DNA of 64,000 bases from Lama guanicoe (lineage: Eukaryota). A program made the position numbers and the translations under genes. Where the stretch lies: the NCBI GenBank assembly GCA_013239625.1, contig MU054323.1, forward strand, positions 4,566,214 to 4,630,213, in the 5' to 3' direction. Below the pieces are notes generated by a model. The model ran no database searches. It was not told where the DNA came from and saw only the letters and a list, made by a program, of their open reading frames with translations. Position 1 is the stretch's first letter. The number at the start of each line of letters is the position of its first letter. This document shows positions 63,086 through 64,000 of the stretch, piece after piece.

Positions 63086-64000
63086 TTCAGGTTTAATTTT
63101 TCATTCCGTGTATTTTAAGCATTTTTTCCTCTTTTGTTTGCTCTTGGGAAGACCCTCTGTATACACCTTTTGTGGGAGAACAAGAGATGGCCATTCAAAG
63201 GCAAATGTGTTGTCACAGAAGAATTTCTGAGAATAAAACGGAAGTAAAGGGGGATTCAGAAGAAACAGCCTCTTTTAATGCCTCTCTGCTCTTGTCCCAC
63301 CATATTGCATTCCTCTGTTTATTGTTTCGCCTTCCACTCGTACCTGTCAGTAACCTGGATGCTCCTGGGCAAGGGGAGACGGGTGGAGAGGCTCACCTCC
63401 AGCAATGAGGATGTGACACACAGTAGGTGCACAGGGTATAAGCTAGTGGATGCTGGGGGATGGATGGATAGGCACAGCCTTTTTCTTTAGAATTTTCCTT
63501 GTTGAAAGTATAATTTCCCTCAGGGATTCTGTCACATATTCTACCATTATTCCTTCGCTTCTTGGAAATTCCCCTTTTTCAACTTAAACACTGCCAGTCT
63601 ATGTAGCAGAGACTAGCTCATCAATCTGCCTTCTTTTGTCCCAGAATGTTGCCCCTACTTACACTCTGCTTGACTGAGTGAATGTAAATAATTCCGTGAA
63701 GGACTGAGAGATGGTGGTGCCACAGGACGGGAGGAACTGGAATTCTGCCTGATGAAAAGCCAGCCGGACTGTGACTGAGTGGGCACGTGCCTCCGTTGCG
63801 TTAACTGCAGAGACTGAGAAGCTGGTGGTTCCTGCAGCTGGGCGTTTGCTGTCCTGACTAACACACTTGACACAGTGATGATGATAAATCCGCAGGACCT
63901 CATCACTAGCCTAGAGAGTTGAATGAAATCTTTGAGGAACTCAGAACCCGGGATGGCGTCTCTGGCTTCATCACCATGAGTGCGAAGGGCATAGGACTGT

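Noticed and set aside
63875..63910. TGATGA box-C-like motif with short complementarity (snoRNA?)
   Set aside because: No appropriately spaced CTGA box D with a terminal stem.
1..64000. Prokaryotic-type systems (CRISPR, operons, defence islands) or intact viral/transposase genes
   Set aside because: The sequence is clearly mammalian non-coding DNA. There are no spaced direct-repeat arrays, no long ORFs, and all LTRs are solo.

Overview
This is non-coding placental-mammal genomic DNA, most likely from a camelid. The only lineage-specific young repeat is a tRNA-Ala(AGC)-derived SINE of the type I recall as camelid Vic-1 (two copies). I saw no Alu, B1/B2, Bov-tA/BovB, PRE-1 or SINEC-type elements. 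No protein-coding gene is recognisable: the ORF track consists of decayed L1 fragments, simple-repeat read-through and chance ORFs. Much of the window is old interspersed repeat (L1/HAL1, L2, MIR, MaLR/ERVL/ERV1 solo LTRs, hAT MITEs), several with readable target-site duplications (TSDs). Between them lie repeat-poor blocks rich in TAAT and other TF-like motifs, resembling conserved non-coding elements of a gene desert or large intron. I found no convincing new biological system. The most notable observations are: (i) a CpG-dense patch that appears to have arisen in normally AT-rich old L1 sequence, next to a homeobox-site cluster (~40.5-41.06 kb); (ii) a 26-bp module duplicated inside a putative enhancer (~32.8-33.0 kb); (iii) a twin-primed, 5'-inverted L1 nested in an MLT1 LTR; (iv) a templated fold-back insertion in an ERV1 LTR. 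Repeat subfamily names come from recalled consensus motifs, not from a database search, and boundaries without TSDs are approximate.
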